Shown piece after piece: positions 60,397-64,000 of a DNA stretch of 64,000 bases (positions are counted from its first letter, which is position 1; each line of letters opens with the position of its first letter). The position numbers and the translations under genes were made by a program. A model generated the notes under the pieces. The model searched no databases and was not told where the DNA came from. It saw nothing but the letters and a program-made list of their open reading frames with translations. Source of the DNA: an uncultured Actinomycetes bacterium (GTDB lineage Bacteria > Actinomycetota > Actinomycetes > Streptosporangiales > Streptosporangiaceae); the NCBI GenBank assembly GCA_963730235.1, contig CAVSRH010000007.1:76902-140901 (forward strand), in the 5' to 3' direction.

Positions 60397-61871
60397 CCAC
60401 CGTCACCGCCGTCGCCGCGGCCGACCTGGGCGCCTCCGGGGGCCGGGTGATGGTGGGCACCGCCGGGCCCGGGGAACTGGTGCTGCACGAGGCGCACCGG
60501 TTCGGCAACGTCCCGGTCGCCGCGCTCGGCACGCTGCACTGGGACATCCTGCGGCTCTACGGCGACATCCTGGCCGGGCTGCGGGCCGCCGCGGGGCAGT
60601 TCGAGCTGGCCAGCGTGGGCATCGACTCCTGGGGGGTGGACTACGGCCTGCTCGACGCCGATGGCGCGCTGCTCGGCAACCCGGTGCACTACCGGGACGC
60701 GCGCACCGCGGGCGTCGCGGAACGGGTGCACGCATCCGTCGGCAGGCGGGAGATGTACCGGTCACGGGTACCGCCCAGCTGCCGCTCAACACCATCTACC
60801 AGCTCGTGGCCGCGCGGGACACGCCGCAGTTCGCGGCCGCGCGGACGCTGCTGCTCATCCCCGACCTGATCGGCTACTGGCTCACCGGGGAGGTCGGCGC
60901 CGAGATCACCAACGCGTCCACCACGGGCCTGCTCGACGGGCGCGCCCGGGCCTGGTCGGCCGCGCTCATAGCCGGCGCCGGCATCCCGCCGGGCTTGTTC
61001 CCTGCGCTACGCCGGCCGGGGAGCACGATCGGCGAACTGCGCGGTGAGATCCGCGATGACATCCTCAGCGGCGGGCCGGGCGGGGCCCGGCCGCTGCCGG
61101 TGATCGCCGTCGGCTCCCACGACACCGCCTCGGCCGTGGCCGCGGTGCCCGCCGAGGAAGGGTCGTTCGCCTATATCTCCTGCGGCACCTGGTCCCTGGC
61201 CGGGGTCGAGCTGGGCAGCCCGGTGCTCACCGAGGCCAGCCGCGAGGCCGGTTTCACCAACGAGGCGGGGGTGGACGGCACGGTCCGGTTCCTGCGCAAC
61301 GTGATGGGGCTGTGGCTGCTGCAGGAGTCGGTCCGGGTCTGGGGGGCCCGGGGCCAGCCGCCGGACCTGCCGGCGCTGCTCGCCGCGGCGGCCGCGGCGC
61401 CGGCGCTGCGGGCCGTCGTGGACCCGGACGACCCCGCGTTCCTGCCGCCTGGCGACATGCCCGCGCGCATCGCCGCGCTTCTGCCGGCGGACCGGCCAGC
61501 CCGTGCCGGACAGCCGGGCGGGGATCGTCCGGTGCATCCTGGACAGCCTGGCGCTCGCCCACCGGCGGGCGATCCTGGCGGTCCAGCAGCTGTCCGGGCA
61601 GCATGTGGGCACCGTGCACATCGTCGGCGGGGGAGCGCGCAACGCGCTGCTGTGCCAGCTCACCGCGGACGCGTGCGGCCTGCCCGTGGTCGCCGGCCCG
61701 GCCGAGGCGGCGGCACTGGGCAACGTGCTCGTGCAGGCCAGGGCGCTGCACCGGGGCCCGGACGACCTGGCGGGCATGCGCGCGCTGATCCGCGCCACCC
61801 AGCCGCTGCGCCGCTACGAGCCCGGCGACCCTGCGCCGTGGCAGGCCGCCGCCCACCGCCTGCCCAGCTAG
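60393..61871 (+). pseudogene. rhaB: rhamnulokinase, two frameshifts
   Basis: GTG 60393 overlaps the upstream stop (GTGA). AADLGASGGRVMVG, IDSWGVDYGLLD, then LNTIYQLVAA...AVGSHDTASAVAA...ISCGTWSL, then VHIVGGGARNALLCQLTADACGLPV. The pieces are in three frames. Switches lie near 60755 and 61495. Confidence 0.85.
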
Positions 61872-61979
61872 CCACGTCGTGGTACAGAAGGGATCTATCT
61901 AATCGTTCCGGTTATCTTAGGACAAACCATGTTACGATTCCTGGCGTAGTGCCGACATCGTCCCATTCCGGTAAGACGA

Positions 61980-62459
61980 ATGAAAGGGCATGGAATGGCT
62001 CTCTCCATTGGCCGCCGGGCCGGCACGGCCGCTATTTTAACGGCCGCACTTACCCTGACTGGCATGTCGCTGCTGCCCGTTGGCGCGGCGGTCGCGGTTC
62101 CCTCCTGCAAGTCGGGCTGGAACTGTGTGTATGCCAATGCCAACTACAGCGACGGCCCGGGTATGTTCCAGGGCACCACGCATTCGTGGACGAGCCAGTC
62201 CAGCGGCGGCGCCTGCGTCCCTGGCGTGACGGCGAACAGCGACGACACGAACGAGAGCTGGAACGACTGCGCCAGCTCGATAGTCAGCAACGAGTCCACG
62301 CACGAGTACTTCTGGGAGAACGCGGGCTGTGCCGGCTGGTTCCTCGCAACCAGCGCGGGCACCGATATTCCCAACCTGGCCAAGGTCTCGGAGAATCCCG
62401 GGAACGCCAACGACGCCATCAGCGCCAACGACCAGAGCAACCTCTCGGGCAACTGCTAA
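61980..62459 (+). CDS. secreted peptidase inhibitor family I36-like protein
   Basis: Signal peptide. CKSGWNCVYANANYSDGPG...WNDCASSIVSNES...FWENAGCAG pattern. Gene and upstream spacer are visibly less GC-rich than the neighbours. Alternative ATG at 61995. Confidence 0.55.
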   Translation: MKGHGMALSIGRRAGTAAILTAALTLTGMSLLPVGAAVAVPSCKSGWNCVYANANYSDGPGMFQGTTHSWTSQSSGGACVPGVTANSDDTNESWNDCASSIVSNESTHEYFWENAGCAGWFLATSAGTDIPNLAKVSENPGNANDAISANDQSNLSGNC

Positions 62460-62468
62460 GGCGCGGCG

Positions 62469-63461
62469 GTGCGCTGGACGGCGATCATGGCGTCGCTGCT
62501 CCTCGCCGCCGCGGCCCCGCTGGCCGTCGGCTGCACGCCGTCCACGGCCAGCGGGGCCGGCCTCGCCGTGACCGGCCCCGGCCGCTCGGCCATGCCCAGC
62601 ACGTTCGCCCAGGCCATGCTCACCGAGTCGGGCCCGGACGTGGTAGCGGCGGGGGAACTGGGCAACGCGGCCGAGTTGCTGACACAACGCTGTATGCGGG
62701 CCAGGCACCTGCGCTACTACCCGGATCTGTCCCCGGTGGCGACCCGCCCGGACTCGCTGTTCTCTCCGCCCTACGGCACCCTGGCGCAGCGCCAGGCAGT
62801 CGGCTACGGCATCGACACCGCCGCCGCGGCGATCGAGCGGAGCGGCCGGACCCTGAACAGCGATCCGCAGAGCGCCGAGGACTCCTACCGGAGGCATCTG
62901 CCGTCGGCGCAGCAGGCCAGCTACACCCTGGCACTTTTCGGGCCGCAGAGCCGGTACGTGCAGGTGACCGAGCCGGGCGGCCTGGTGGTGGAGGTACCGG
63001 GCACCGGGTGCACGGCCCGGGCGAGCCAGGAGCTGTACGGCTCGGTGACCGAGGCGTCGCTCGCCAGCACCGGCGCGTCCCTGCTGGCCAGGTTGTTCCA
63101 GGATGCGGTGCAGAAAGAGCCGGGCTACCTGCGTGCCATGCACCGGTGGGCCGGCTGCATGAGCGCACGGGGATATCACTACACCGATCCCTACGCGGCC
63201 TATGACTCTATCTATGCCAGGGTCCACGGTGGCGGGCCAGGCCCAGCCATTATGCGACTGGAAATCGCCATCGCGGTGGCCGATTTCCAGTGCGCGGGCA
63301 CGGTGGGCCTGACGGCGGCCATTGCCCAGGCGGAAGACCAGGTGCTCGGCCATCTGGGCCGCCGTTTCGAGGGCGACGTGCTGCGGGACGCGGCGGCGAT
63401 CCAGGCCGCCTTGAGCAGGGCCGGAACATTGGCGTCAGGCAGTGTGCGGCAACGGCCGTGA
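62469..63461 (+). CDS. putative lipoprotein, unknown function
   Basis: 330-aa ORF. LLLAAAAPLAVGC lipobox and several conserved-looking Cys. Sits 10 nt after the I36-like gene. Confidence 0.55.
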   Translation: MRWTAIMASLLLAAAAPLAVGCTPSTASGAGLAVTGPGRSAMPSTFAQAMLTESGPDVVAAGELGNAAELLTQRCMRARHLRYYPDLSPVATRPDSLFSPPYGTLAQRQAVGYGIDTAAAAIERSGRTLNSDPQSAEDSYRRHLPSAQQASYTLALFGPQSRYVQVTEPGGLVVEVPGTGCTARASQELYGSVTEASLASTGASLLARLFQDAVQKEPGYLRAMHRWAGCMSARGYHYTDPYAAYDSIYARVHGGGPGPAIMRLEIAIAVADFQCAGTVGLTAAIAQAEDQVLGHLGRRFEGDVLRDAAAIQAALSRAGTLASGSVRQRP

Positions 63462-63556
63462 CCCGGCCGTAGCCGCGGATGATAAAGCGCGCGGGCCAAT
63501 TGCTTCGAGCGATACCGCGGCTGGGGTGACGGCGGCGGCGAACACCAGCCGGCCGC

Positions 63557-64000
63557 TCAGTGCTGCCCGGCCAGCCTCAGCCAGGCGCGGTAGGGAAGCA
63601 GGTCCGTGGGTGCGGTGATGCGGTACGGCTGGCCGATGGCCAGGAAGGTCACCGTGGTCGTGGTGACCTGCGCACCGCGCCGCACCTGGTAGGCGTGCAG
63701 CCCGGCCTCCAGTTCCCTGACTGCCGCGCGGTGGGCCAGCCGGGAGGAGATCGGCTGCCCGGCCCGCTGGAGCCGGGGCAGGAAGTTCTCTGCCCGGTGG
63801 TACTTGCGCAGCGCGGCCTGGCTGACCGGCGTGGTGAGGGCGATCACGCCGGGAGCGCTGAAGGTGAAGGCCATCCGGTGCAGGACCCCCTGCTGGTCGG
63901 CCCACACCGTCAGCGACGTGACGGGCTGGCCGGACGTGTACATCACGGGCAGCAGGCCGTGCTGGGTCAGGCCGGCCGGGTCGGTGGCGCGCAGCACGGT
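63557..64000 (-). CDS. hypothetical protein, 5' end outside the window
   Basis: The ORF is open to the window edge. GC3 bias is consistent with coding. No family recognised. Confidence 0.35.
   Translation of the reverse strand, partial: TVLRATDPAGLTQHGLLPVMYTSGQPVTSLTVWADQQGVLHRMAFTFSAPGVIALTTPVSQAALRKYHRAENFLPRLQRAGQPISSRLAHRAAVRELEAGLHAYQVRRGAQVTTTTVTFLAIGQPYRITAPTDLLPYRAWLRLAGQH

Overview
Very GC-rich (over 70% by eye) actinomycete-type chromosomal segment with about 60 protein-coding genes. I saw no rRNA, tRNA, CRISPR array, transposase or integrase. Family names are from memory of conserved motifs, since no searches were possible.

Main blocks:
- 1-8.7 kb and 23-34 kb: stress and regulatory genes. 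These include two paralogous SigB/F-like sigma factors, an RsbW-like kinase, USP, WhiB, hemerythrin, CYTH-CHAD, a CDF transporter, an AI-2E transporter and topoisomerase IB.
- 8.8-17.7 kb: trehalose genes treZ-treY and glgX, with an MMPL transporter between them. A GH15 hydrolase lies at 25-26.7 kb.
- Two large SARP-domain regulators, each flanked by an exact direct repeat with 11-nt periodicity. One is a SARP / alpha-beta hydrolase / degenerate cyclase fusion (18.9-21.0 kb). The other is a MalT-like ATPase with the SARP module at the C-terminus (37.2-40.3 kb).
- 22.2-23.3 kb: a secreted protein made of three tandem ~113-aa repeats.
- 42.4-44.7 kb: GT4 glycosyltransferase with a promoter-plus-terminator leader, followed by a GAF-ANTAR regulator.
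- 47.6-61.9 kb: L-rhamnose utilisation cluster (LacI regulator, ABC transporter, mutarotase, isomerase, aldolase/dehydrogenase, kinase) joined to lutABC.
- 61.9-64 kb: lower-GC end with an I36-like inhibitor and lipoproteins.

The most pervasive feature is about 35 reading-frame disruptions in about 20 otherwise well-conserved genes. Several are resolvable to +/-1 nt in short G/C runs. They are very unevenly distributed, so sequencing indels versus real gene decay must be settled before functional interpretation. I found no recognisable defence island. The most novel-looking items are the SARP fusions with their 11-nt repeats, the triple-repeat secreted protein and the GT4/ANTAR leader.
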